In this document: positions 12,201 to 24,389 of the stretch, piece by piece
How positions within the stretch are numbered: position 1 is the first letter of the stretch
Layout of the letters: each line of letters begins with the position of its first letter
DNA from: Mytilus edulis
Lineage: Eukaryota
DNA length: 64,000 nt
Reading direction: 5' to 3'
NCBI RefSeq assembly: GCF_963676685.1
Contig: NC_092350.1
Location: 3,968,001-4,032,000, forward strand
Notes under the pieces: generated by a model
Databases searched by the model: none
What the model saw: the letters and a program-made list of their open reading frames with translations, nothing else
What the model was told of the DNA's origin: nothing
Translations under genes and position numbers: made by a program

Positions 12201-14539
12201 AGTTTTCTTTGTTGTGTCTTGTGTACTTTTTCTTTGTCTACGTTTTATTTCATTTGTCCGTTTTTTTATCTATGAGTTTGAAAGTCTCTCTGATTACTTT
12301 CGACCCTCCTTTGGTAAATGATATCATTAGTGGGTTTTATTTCCTCCCTTATCGTGACTTATGGTGGACACAACTTTTGGGCATTTTTTCACAAGTTTTG
12401 AGTGCATGCTATTCCGACTACCTAGAATTTAGTATTGTATTTTGAACGATCATATTACTTTAGATAACACATTATTTAATTTGATATTCATTTTAGTAAC
12501 ACTATTTGCCTTTAATTATTAATCTGAACAGAATCACTGCTGTTACTTTGGGTCTTTGTGTTTTATAGTTGTATTTGATGCTTTGTTTTGTTCTGATGAC
12601 TCAAGTCATTTTTAAATTATTGTGGCTTTATATTTGATTTTTGCTTATTGTTTAAGACACAATAAGATGAAAATACAATACTAGTATTATGATATATAAG
12701 ACCGAAACGGGTTTTCGTTACTATTCAGTACATATGCAGGTTATAAAAAAGCATGCTCTCGTCTATCTGTGTATCGTCAAGTTAAACATTTAGTAGATAG
12801 GAATTCACTTATACGTATTTATTATGCTTTTATTAGACCTATATTAGAGTATGGTGATGTTGTATGGGGCAATTGCTCCCCAGTTCGAGTCTGAGCTTCT
12901 TGAAAGTATTCAGATAGAAGCCGCTAGAATTATTACAGGCTTACGACGTAATTCCTCCAGACAAAAACTTTATATTGAATTAGGTTTAGAAACTATGGAG
13001 AATAGACGTAATAAACATAAGCTTATTCTATTTTATAAAATATTAAATGGGATGACACCTGCATACGTATATGAGTTAGTCCAGCCATATCTTCCCAGAC
13101 AAACCCCTTATACTTCGAGGAATGAAAATAACACTTTTCATCCGCCTCTTGCTAGAACTAGCTCTTATCTTAATAGTTTCATTCCTTCCACTGTAAAACT
13201 TTGGAAACGTCTTCCTTTGAGTTGCAAAAATCCCCAAGTTTGGGTATATTTAAAAGTTGACTGGAAAAATTTATAGGACTGAAGATATATTTAAACCTTT
13301 TAACTATGGTATAAGGAAACTTAATATAGCTCATTGTCAACTCAAAATAATGCTAGCAACCTAAAATTTCATCTGTTTAATCAGTTCTTATCAGAGAACA
13401 CTTTTTGTGTAAACTGTAACCACCCTGTTGAAGATAACAAACATTTCTTTTTCAGTTGCCCTAAGTACAATGTTGTAAGACAGATCCTTCTTGATTCCAT
13501 TTACTCCATTGCTGATTGGAAACAGATTCTTTTCATATGATACGAATATTGCTATTTTTAAATCTGTTCAAAAATATATCAGTGACACTCACGTTTTGTT
13601 TAAAACATACTTATTTTTTTTGTTTTATTTATTTTTATTTTTTTTTCTCTTCCACTTTAACATTAATTCATTTTATCCACTAAGCAAGCTTAGTTTCTCT
13701 TTCAAGCCATATATATATATATATGTTGTAGGGTTGTCACTGACTCAGACGTACTTATGAATATAATTATTTTCTGTGACTGTATCTTACATTAATTTGT
13801 AGGATCCTTTACTATAGATAATTTAGCTGATCTGTAACAATAACATCTTCATGCCTTATATATCATGTTCTGTAGTACGCCGCTAGATTAAAACTGACGT
13901 GGAAAGGTAACACATGCCCACCGAAAGCTCTTTTTTGAGAGCCCAGGTGGTCGTGTGGTCTAGCGGGACGGCTGCAGTGCAGGCGATTTGGTGTCACGAT
14001 ATCACAGTAGCATGGGTTCGAATCCCGGCGAGGGAAGAACCAAAAATTTGCGAAAGCAAATTTACAGATCTAACATTGTTGGGTTGATGTTTAGACGAGT
14101 TGTATATACATTATGTACACAGCCATGTATCACCATCATTGATGGCGATCCGATGGATACATCTGTTGTAGGGTTGTCACTGACTCAGACGTACTTATGA
14201 ATATAATTATTTTCTGTGACTGTATCTTACATTAATTTGTAGGATCCTTTACTATAGATAATTTAGCTGATCTGTAACAATAACATCTTCATGCCTTATA
14301 TATCATGTTCTGTAGTACGCCGCTAGATTAAAACTGACGTGGAAAGGTAACACATGCCCACCGAAAGCTCTTTTTTGAGAGCCCAGGTGGTCGTGTGGTC
14401 TAGCGGGACGGCTGCAGTGCAGGCGATTTGGTGTCACGATATCACAGTAGCATGGGTTCGAATCCCGGCGAGGGAAGAACCAAAAATTTGCGAAAGCAAA
14501 TTTACAGATCTAACATTGTTGGGTTGATGTTTAGACGAG

Positions 14540-14611
<72 letters not shown>

Positions 14612-15195
14612 TTAAATACACAAAAAGAGTTTTAAAAGCAGCATTGTCTAGCGCTTTCATCCATCTTGGGACTTTTCAAGACTATGAACGTCGTTATGAA
14701 CGTCGTTATGGGGAACACATTAGTATTATGACGTAACGTCATTGTTCGTAAAATATAAGTAGTATGACGCAACGTTATTGTATATATATATATATATTTC
14801 TAATGACTTATAAAGAATATTTGCATGTTTCAAGGTTCTTGAATACATGATGAGTAAATGCCTATATATTCTTAATATACTTTGCATTTAGTAAGTAACA
14901 CTGTAAACATATATTTTCTCGTGTGTGCTCATAAGTAGCATGCATGTTTCACTATATTGCAATATTTTAAATACAGTTGTTATAATTGAATTATACCTTG
15001 AACATGTAATACGGAGAGAGTTTTTATAGGCTGTGCCTGTTGCTCAATCCTTTTCAATTTGAATAAAATATGTTTAAAATCAAATATGCAGATATGCATA
15101 ATAAATAAAAAATAAAAAAACTGACCCAATACTTTTCCTACAGCTTCGATGTTGGTCATAGATACTGAATTCCATTTTCCTAAAAATTGAGCCAT
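9215..15195 (-). CDS. FABP: Fatty acid-binding protein (FABP/iLBP family), 4 coding exons: 15126-15195, 11545-11720, 10457-10573, 9215-9274; about 140 aa
   Basis: Spliced by hand with GT-AG introns in phases 1,0,0, the typical FABP structure: MAQFLGKWNSVSMTNIEAVGKVLG/FTDEMIKKYQESKWTFEFTKDGDTFSITNES...GQCLK/ITITFDSDSKMTVLEKMELPGGWKNIKLVRTVEGNKMTA/VAEVLESGAKMTQTFERCT*. Has the N-terminal F-x-G-x-W lipocalin/FABP motif. AATAAA on the minus strand at about 9096-9101. Confidence 0.88.
10587..11004 (-). mobile_element. Retrozyme, about 1.2 units, in FABP intron 2, same sense as the gene
   Basis: Begins tagttatcaaagatacc. The HHR at 10621-10666 has a damaged stem II; a second partial HHR at about 10968-11006 has CUAAUGA. 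Confidence 0.82.
13724..14541 (+). mobile_element. Partial tandem dimer (period 440 bp) of a tRNA-like-promoter element inserted in (TA)n
   Basis: 13724-14101 repeats at 14164-14541 with a 62-bp spacer; (TA)n on both sides. Confidence 0.85.
13941..14035 (+). ncRNA. tRNA-derived Pol III promoter region (Leu/Ser-like, not a functional tRNA); further copies at 14381-14475 and 36538-36632
   Basis: A box TGGTCGTGTGG (13948-13958), B box GGTTCGAATCC (14015-14025), long variable-arm-like segment; acceptor and anticodon stems pair poorly. Confidence 0.75.
14541..14605. repeat. (TA)n microsatellite
   Basis: About 32 TA units. Confidence 0.97.
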
Positions 15196-15268
15196 ATCGA
15201 AATACTATGTAGACGTTAACCTGTAGCGCCAGTTAAAAGTATGTGGGTTATTCAGTGACTTTACGTTT

Positions 15269-15279
15269 CTTATATATAG
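15269..15279 (-). promoter_or_regulatory. Candidate TATA box of the FABP gene
   Basis: TATATATAAG on the minus strand about 75-85 bp upstream of the ATG at 15195. Confidence 0.4.
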
Positions 15280-15950
15280 TGTATAAACTCAGCATTAACC
15301 AATATATCAGTCACCAGGTAAACTGATTAATTATAAGGTAGAACGTTCTCAAATATGACCTGCGAAGGGTAGAATCTCTATTCAATATACAATGTAAACA
15401 TTGATTGCGTTGCATTGTAGGTAGAACGTCTGATACTTATTTTACACAAAAGTAGAATGTCCTTTAATTCATGCAAAGAAATTATCAGATTATGAAATAG
15501 GAAGGTAAAAAAATCTTATTTTCAATCAAATTAGTTTTATTTTGATCTTTTATCCCGCAAAAGCATTCATTCAAAAAGAATTCGAGAACCTTCCTATCCT
15601 GTTAATACAATTTGAAATTTCAAGTAACTATTACAACACGTACATGAAGAAGTAACATATAAATCTATCAACGATTTATATTGCCACAGAAATGCCTCTT
15701 AGCGTTAAATATAATGGAAAAAGAAATATTCGTTTTGCGATAACCTCATTGATTCTGTTATCTATCAAAGTTCATGTACATGTGAGTAACCGATAAATAC
15801 AGCATATATAAAAAGGTATAACAAATTATTTGTTTATATTGAATTCCCTCTTCAATTATTATTTATCTTTGAAGGCAGCACCAATTAAGAGGTTATAGCT
15901 TCTTCAAAGGTCTGCTGATTTTTGTTTGTCAATTTTGTTTTCGATCTAAC

Positions 15951-16388
15951 AGAATAATAAGCAAAACAGTCTGGCTATGTCTATTGATTGGCGTCTTAAA
16001 TTATCCCATTGACTGGAACAGATTATGTGAACTGTTATCTGTAACAACCACTGCTCACTATGTACTTGTTAAAGACACTTAAACTGTGGGGATACTAAAG
16101 GTTCTCAATACCTAAATAAAGTAATTCGAAAAATTGATCATGAATAACACGATGTTATATGATTTATATCAATAATATAATCAAACATAAAGGTTATTCC
16201 TGATTAATTTTTCGGATTATTTCATTATTAAAGGTGTTAAGAACCTTTGGTGACCCTACAGTTTAAATTCTACGATAAGTTAGTAGTGAGCAGTGTAGTT
16301 ACAAACGTTCACATAATCTGTCCCAGTCATTGAATGAATTAAGGACGTCAATCAATGGCCACAGCCACACTGTTTTGAATATAATTCT
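15951..16388. mobile_element. Fold-back / palindromic MITE, arms about 200 bp, diverged
   Basis: cagattatgtgaac / gttcacataatctg, cactgctcacta / tagtgagcagtg and aaaggttct / agaaccttt are symmetric about 16170. Confidence 0.8.
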
Positions 16389-17586
16389 AATACCAATATA
16401 CTCTTATAACCGGTTTTCGGTAAGACATATACATAATGTACATGTAATACAGACTGAAATCTGCTAAAACTATTGCAAAATCTAATCTCCCTAAATTATA
16501 ATTTGGTAAATACTCGTGGTAACGTATTGAAATCTCTATCACGAATTATTGTATTGCGCGAAACAAATCTGGGTCACAAACCAGAACCGTGTGAAATACA
16601 TCAACTATAAGAGGGAAACAACGGAACAATGGAAAAATTGAACTGATACATACAAACTTGTTTTATAGCTACACAAGCCCACCCATTTATATAGCAATGT
16701 TATATATACCTCTAAAATGACAGGTCATATGGCGGTAATATTGTACAAATTAACACAAGAACACACATGACAGAGAAATACCCAAATGAATAATATAGTT
16801 GCTGTAGATCCTTGCCTTTACGAGAGTATACAGGATAGCACAATATAACTATAAACTGTGCACCACACAAATGATTCAACGTCATAAAAAGAGACTTTTT
16901 TTACGTTCATTTCATCGCAGATGAATTAATAAAAAATAGAATATGAAAGTGTAATTGTGTTTGTCATGTTGTTATTCAATATATTAAAATGACTCGAAAT
17001 TGTAAAAAAAAAATAATATGCCAAACTCGAAGAATCGACCAACACAATGGGTTTGTGTAACAGAAGATGGATCATACTTATGTATATATAGATACTCGAG
17101 AGTCTATCCTAAATTGAGGTAAATTATATGGCCTTCCGAAAATCCGGTTGTGGTGTACAAAAACATTTTGACACCTCATGTTTGTGGTATAACACCTTTG
17201 CGTAAGATTATTGTTTTCTGTTTGGTATTAAAATAATATTAAGATCCATCGTGTGAATAATTTATTTAGCAATCGCCATTGGGAGTCAGAAGGGTTTAAA
17301 AAAACAGTTGTTCGACCTGTTAGTCATTTGCGTTTTGTTGAAAAATACTTTTTAACTTTTGTGTCTTTCGAAAAAAGTTTTTTTGTGCTGTATTAGGACC
17401 ATTCTACAACGAAATTTGTTTTACATGTACACGTTTAAAATTGCGGTTTTTATTCAATGCAATCACAGGTTTGAACGTAGTTTTCAATTTAGACTTGTTT
17501 ATATACTTGTGCAACATTGTATTTCACCTTGTAATTCATTAAAGAATTGATAGAAAGAAAATAGGTCAATACCATAATCCTCCATT

Positions 17587-18046
17587 TTGACAAAACTTTG
17601 AATTTTTCGAAAAACTAAGGATTTTCCTACCCCAGGAGCAGATAACCTTAGCCGTATTTTGCACAACTTTTTTGAATTTTGGATCCTCAATGCTCTTCAA
17701 CTTTGTATTTTTTCGGCTTTTTAACTATTTTGATCTGAGCGTCACTGATGAGTCTTATATAGACGAAACGCGCGTCTGGCGTATAAAATTATAATCCTGG
17801 TACTTTTGATAACTATTTACACCACTGGGTCGATGCCACTGCTGGTGGACGTTTCGTCCCCGAGGGTATCACCAGCCCAGTAGTCAGCACTTCGGTGTTG
17901 ACATGAATATCAATTATATGGTCATTTTTATAAATTTTCTGTTTACAAAACTTTGAATTTTTCGAAAAACTAAGGATTTTCTTACCCCAGGAGTAGATAA
18001 CCTTAGCCGTATTTGGCACAACTTTTTGGAATTTCGGATCCTCAAT
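17587..18046 (+). mobile_element. Retrozyme, about 1.3 units, with an intact hammerhead at 17737-17782
   Basis: GAGCGUCA CUGAUGA GUCU uauau AGAC GAAA CGCGCG UC UGGCGU; acaaaactttgaatttttcg recurs at 17590 and 17945 (355-bp period). Confidence 0.9.
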
Positions 18047-18048
18047 TA

Positions 18049-18230
18049 TTAAGACATTGTCCAAATAAGTTTTTTTCACCAATTCATTCTATTTTTTGTA
18101 AATATTATTTCTTCTAACATGATATAGGAGTGTAAGTTTATTTATAACATAAAAAAGCTTAGAGACAAAAACAACATACTATATTAGACAACGTATCTAA
18201 ACTATGATTCACAATTGTCGTATTGAATGA
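18049..18230 (-). pseudogene. Third FABP relic (3' part of exon 2 plus adjacent intron-1 homology)
   Basis: ttaagacattgtccaaataagtttttttcaccaattc resembles 11546-11585, and 18157-18225 resembles 11761-11840. The relic is cut on the left by a retrozyme copy. Confidence 0.6.
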
Positions 18231-18349
18231 AGTTGTTCCATATTACAGATTTATTTTGATTAATAACCTGATATCCCCATAAATCTACTCAAGAAGAATA
18301 TAAAGGAAAAACATAATTCTACGTTCTTGTTCATATATGTGTACTGCAG

Positions 18350-18695
18350 TGAATCACTGCTGGTGTAGTTTTTATTCCCCTAGGGTATCATTAGCCCAGA
18401 AGTCAGCACTATAATATGTGTTGACATGAATTATCATTGATAGGTCATTTTTATATATTAACTGTTACTGTTAAAACAAATACTTGGGCTTTTCTAACTC
18501 CGCAATTGAATACAGTAGCTGTATATGGCCAAACCTTTCGGATCTTTTAGGTCTCAATGCTCTTCAACCTCGTAATTTTTTTTGTCTTTTAAACTTTTGT
18601 TTTCTTTGAGAGTCACTGATGAGTCTTTTGAAGACGGAATGGACGTCTGGCACACAAATACAAAATTTGAATCACAGTATCGATGATGAGTGTAT
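18350..18695 (+). mobile_element. Old degenerate retrozyme monomer
   Basis: cactgatgagtcttttgaagacggaatggacgtctggc at 18614-18651 (GAAA changed to GGAA), with flanks homologous to the family. Confidence 0.7.
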
Positions 18696-21654
18696 TCACT
18701 ATTAACATATGTAACGATGAGTTTGACTGAAGTGATACTATACTTTATCATTTTGTATTGTAATTCACTGAGATTATGACAACTACTGCTGGATACAATA
18801 GCCTGTATTTTAATACTTGCGAATATTAATACAGCTGTTGGTTATTTCTTTTAAGTTGTTTTAAGTTTAGTCATTTCAAGACCTTGTATAATTTACTGTA
18901 TGGTGATATTTTGTTCTTTTTTGAATATTGTTCCAGATTTATAGCTGTTTTTATCTACGCATATTGGTCTATGGTGAGTAGTTTTCATATTGGTAATCCT
19001 ACCGCGCTTTTTTAATGTTTCATTACGCCAAATAAAGGTAACAGCAGTATACCAGTGCTTTAAAATCACACATCGATTTTAAGAAACAAATACGGTTAAT
19101 AAACTAAAACCGAGCGAAACATATCCACTATGATGAAAAATCAAAGGAAAACCACGACAACTAAAATGCAACAAAAACAAACGCCGACATGCATAGCAAC
19201 AAACTATATAATAACTGCCATATTCCTGACTTGGTACAGTACATTTTTAAGAAACAATGTTAGGTTGAACCTTGTTTAATGGCTAGCCACACCTCTCACT
19301 TAAAATAAAAATGTTAGAAAATATTGATAAAATGCCAACAAGTTACGTGAAAGAAATACAGCATATGCCCTCTCCACTGAGAAACACACAAACGAATAAT
19401 ATAAGATCGACACAACAGGCAAACTGCAGAACAATAACGAACATCTTCCATCAACGACAGACACCACGAAAAGACCAACGTGACATAGATGGATGCGAAC
19501 ATTTATAGGCCAGCGTACGGTTTTTAACAACGAAAAAACTCATACTGCATAGTTATCATTAAAAGGCCCCGAATTGACAAATGTTACAAAGTTCGAACGA
19601 GACAATCAAAGGCCGAACGAACGAAACAAGGAACGAAAATATCCAATGTGATATTCAGCAACAAACGAAAACTACTTAATTTTACCGGTATACATACAAA
19701 ATGTGCGGGCTTAAACATATTTGCCTGTGCTGAACCAACCTCTTAACTTCGGACACTGGTGTAACAGTTTAACATACATTGTACATGCATAAACAAAGTT
19801 AACTATGGAAATAAGTTAAAACGGCTTTTATAGCTGACTATTTTGGAATGGCTGTAACCATTGTTGGAGACAGTATGATTACCGTTATGTGTTTTCAACA
19901 TGTATGTGTCATTGTGGTCTTGAGTGAAGAGTTGATTCATTGGCAATTATTTCACATATTTTAATTTTAATATATTTTGTATAATGATATTGTCGATTAG
20001 TATTGTTCTATCGTTACTGATAGTTTCAAAGTCTTTAGACCGATCCATAAAAAACTTTGAACTATGGTGAACCTTCTATTAACTTTCACGTAATCTAAGA
20101 TAAATATATCAGTATCTGTTGCTATAATTTATTGTGCTGTACTGTACTGATTTGTATACTTCTGTTTGTCTGGTGTTTTTTGTAGCCATAGTTTGTTCAT
20201 TAGGTTAATCTTATTTACCAGGTTCAACCCACCTTTTTCATTCCCCTTTAAAAATGCCCTGCACCAAGTCAGGAAAATAGCCATTGTTATATTATTGTTC
20301 GTTTCTGTGTGTGTTGCATTTTTACGTTGTGTCGTTTGTATTCTCTTTTTTTTTAATTTATTAAGAAAGACGTGGCACGGTACTTGTCTATCCCAAATTC
20401 ATGTATTTGGTTTTGATGTTATATTTGTTATTCTCGTGGTATTTTGTCTGATGCTTGGTCCGTTTCTGTGTGTGTTGCGTTTCGGTGTTGTGTCGTTGTT
20501 CTCCTCTTATATGTAATGTGTTTCCCTCGGTTTTAGTTTGTTACCCCGATTTTGTTTTTTGTCCATGGATTAATGAGTTTTGAACAGCGGTATACTACTG
20601 TTTCCTTTATTTATTTGAAATAAATGTGCGCCTTATGCTTACTAAATCTTTGTTAAAAAGAGATCTAACAACATATTCTTCATATTAATTTGTTATTTAT
20701 ATTGTAAATAAAAAAATACAACTTGGATTTGCTTAAATTTCTTTTCAGGGGTTTGAGTGCAAGCATTCAGTAGAAATAAAGTGAATTAATTTTATGAGCA
20801 GGCAAGTAACGATAGGTTTGCCTCATTTTGTATGTTGACAATATACAAACATTAGCATGAAGTTTATAATCATAACAAGCAGGTGGTCGATCATCCCAAT
20901 GAGCAGTATGTCAGTTATCACTTCAAAAACAACTTAATCATCTCCGATATCTGATTATGATCAATTTTGCACATTCGTTAGAGTTCTGTTTCGTAATGTG
21001 GAGTATGTATAGGGTAAGTGCTGTCTGTTCTTCTTTTTGTAAGGATTTTGGCACTTGTATACACGTGTATTTTCTAGATTTGTTTACCCTTAGGTATCTT
21101 GCCCCTTTTTTAAAAAGTAATAAGCTTTATTGATCCTTTAATATATAATTCTCCTAAACAGATGTGGAGCAGGATCTGCATGCTTACTCGTCCAGAGCAC
21201 CTGAGATCACCCCCAGCTTTTGGTGGGGGACGTGTTGCTCAGTCATTGGTTTTCTATGTTGTGTCCTCTGTATTACTCTTTGTCTGTTTTTTTAAATTTT
21301 ATTTTTAGCCATGGCGTTGTCAGTTTATTTTCAATCTATGAGTTTGACTGTCCATTTGGTATCTTTCTCTCCTTATTTATCGAAATAATTGCTAATGACA
21401 TATACAACAAACGACATTATAATAGAAAAAGTTTTATTACAATGCTGCCTCAAAACACAATCTTTTTCTTTTAATATCAGATGTTAAATGTGCAATTCTT
21501 ACAATGTGATGGCTTGAAATTTGTTGAAGTTCTTCCTTTTGTTGCTTTTTCTACATCGCATTTCAATACAAACATATTTAGTTAGCATTACAATATGCAA
21601 TAGTTAAAATTCAAACAACATATATTGATCACTCCGCTATTTTGTTTCCTAAAT

Positions 21655-22038
21655 CTATGTGCATTTTTCGAATACCTGGGTCATCTTTTCTCCACTTTCC
21701 AAATCTTCCAAAACCTTTAAAGGCAACCAGCTAATTATATATCAATATATTTCAATCACATTTTTGTAAAGCATAAAATGCATCGAAATCTTAAATCAAG
21801 ACTGATCCTGCAATAACAGAAATAGACATGTCATAAGCATATACTTAAATTAATACCACCTTCATACATTTTCAAGATGGGCCTTTTGTAACCAATTCTT
21901 TTCCTTCTTTTTCGTAAGTATTTATTAATTTGGGTGTGTTGTTCGATTCATTCGACACTGTCCACCTATCTCCAACTTTTGTGAATTCAAATGTCCAGGT
22001 GGATGCTTTGGCCATTTTAATCATTTAGTCTGAATAGC
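21655..22038 (-). pseudogene. FABP paralogue pseudogene (exon 2 at 21860-22038, exon 4 at 21655-21714; exon 3 essentially missing)
   Basis: Exon 2 reads GYSD*MIKMAKASTWTFEFTKVGDRWTVSNESNNTPK...KGPS*KCMK with two stops and intact AG/GT ends. Exon 4 reads VLEDLESGEKMTQVFEKCT*. Only 145 bp separate them and no intact exon 3 is visible there. Confidence 0.85.
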
Positions 22039-24389
22039 CTAAAAGTGTATTACATTTTTCAGGTCATAAATATAATAAATGAAAATGAAAATGAATATAA
22101 CTGTATGAATAAAGTTTTTTGAAGTATCCACCAGTTTTGTTTCCTCCAAAATCGGTCTTCTTATAATTAACGAACGAATCATTTTTGGAATAGCGGATAT
22201 TTGGTTCGAACTAAGATTTTGAACACTTATATATCCCGATAAAATCTGAGGTATAATATTTGGTTCTATGTCTTTACTAGCGGCTAATTTAACTTCCTTG
22301 GTTTTTTATAATACATTTGATATCATCTTCTGATAAAGGTAAGATTTTGTTAAACTCAATAATCTAAACAATGTAAACAATAACTAATAAATGAGAACAA
22401 AATTATGTAATATGGTTTACTCTCTGACGAAATAACTACTTGCTAAACAGATTAGGTGGTACTCAGATATATAGTACTGTTGGGACAGAATATAACTTCC
22501 CATATAAGATGTGTTCCAAATAATTTTTATTATATAACAAACGTTCAATATGGGAACGTGCCTTTTATAATATGTTATTCAATGTTATAAGAAAATGTCC
22601 TTCACAAAGGATAAAATTTCCATAGTAAAAGTTCCCAACAGAACTTATGTTATATTCTAAAAAGTCTTCATTCACACATCGTTGTCAATACGAGTAACAT
22701 GGTTATAATTAGCTGGCTACAGAACCAGGTTTAAACCACTACTTTCTTCATAAGGAAATATCTGTACCAAGTCAGGAATATGACATGTTTTTACACTTGT
22801 GTTTTTGAGATTTTGCCATTTAAGAAGGAACTTTCTGGTTCGAACTTTCCTTTGAGTACGACATTTTTGTTTATCTACTTGTTTGAATACATAATGTAAA
22901 CCAGCTTATTTTCGCGTGTAACATTATCTGGCAATTTAATTTCGCAATACCCTTATTAACGTCATGTAGTTAAAAAAAGAAAGATCAAAGCTTGAAATAT
23001 TCGCGACGATAGATACTCTCGTTTTTTATTGTACACACGCAAATCGCAAAAAAAAAAAATCGTCTTGCGAAATTAAGTTATTTCACAGTATTATAGACGA
23101 GGTTTTGACATTTTTGTACCAAAATAAAACTTCGAAGTAGAAGTTTCGTTTTGTAACAAATGTCTCCTGGACAATTTCACTTATTTCTATCTTGATATAA
23201 AAAAAAATAGGTAAAACCTTAATATTCATATACATAAAATCTTTATTAATGATTTTTCTGATAGAGGGTTGCTGCTCACATGAACGCTTTTAGACCAAGA
23301 GTTCCAAACGGGGAAACTGGAATTTTACAGACGCCATCACCAGTCTGTTGAACGTAATGGAATATTCGTTTCACAGATGATATCGGATATGTCGTAACTA
23401 GAATCCTCTGCCCTTTTTAAAAATGTGATTACCATTTTAGAATGTTAAATGGTTTTGAAATAACATGAGCATGAGATCATCCCCAGTTTGGTGGGCTTCA
23501 TGTCGCTTAGTCTTAAGGGTTCTATGTTGTGTCTTGTGTACTATTATTTGTGTGACTGTCTTTTTATATTGCTTTTTAGTTTATTTTCGATCTATTAGTG
23601 TCCCTCTAGTATCGTTCGCCCCTCTTTTAATAATAGTTATAATATAAAAGTTCCAAGAAAATTGGTTAAATATGTATTATAAATGTTAAAGATAATTCAA
23701 ATTCTAGCAATATATATTACAATTTCACAAATAAATTTGTGCTACAACTAATTAATTACGGCTACTAAGATCGAATGAGTAAGAAGTCACATGACTCTTT
23801 TTTCTTTAAAAAACCATATTATGTAGTATAAACATGCAGTACGGCAGATAATAATCTATATGTGTATTGGCATTCAATAATAAATTAAAATTGCATTAGA
23901 TTCCATTAACTTTGAAAACATAAATGTATAGAATGCAATATAAAAACATGTAAGTTGTTCCACATATTGTTCTTATAGTAAGCATCAATGAAAAGTTTGA
24001 AGGTTAAACAATGTTTTTCATCTTTTCTAAATATTTTCTCAATAATAGCTGCGTTTTCAGTTCTGGAAATGTGAAGAAATCTCATACATGGCGAAAAACT
24101 GTTACATATACTTAACAATCAAGAAACGTTCACGGATTTAGTCGGATAATTCTTGAAGAGGTTTATTAACACAATTGATACTGACGTCGTAATGTTCCAA
24201 AGATGGATTATTTAAACTTTGAGAAAAACTCTGACGAAATATCATTGAAATGAAAGCACATGCATCAATATAGCATCTGTTAAATTTCCTTTGACGTTAC
24301 ACAGATCGAAAACTGTAAGCGAATTTGAAAATGTTTTATAGTGAACTTTTATGGTATATACATTGACCTTATTATTTCTATTAAGTTAG

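Larger units (their letters stand above)
12740..15083 (+). mobile_element. 5'-truncated CR1/L2-group LINE (RT C-terminus + 3' UTR) in FABP intron 1, with nested insertions
   Basis: IYYAFIRPILEYGDVVWGNC, LESIQIEAARIITG, LETMENRR...LILFYKI, C-terminal CNHPVEDNKHFFFSCPKY; 3' end ...caatcc...AATAAAATATGTTTAAAA; candidate 8-bp TSD ATATGCAG at 12732-12739 and 15084-15091. Confidence 0.8.

Noticed and set aside
13941-14035. Functional tRNA gene (apparent GCA anticodon)
   Set aside because: Acceptor and anticodon stems do not pair properly, and the sequence is embedded in a repeated mobile unit; treated as a tRNA-derived promoter
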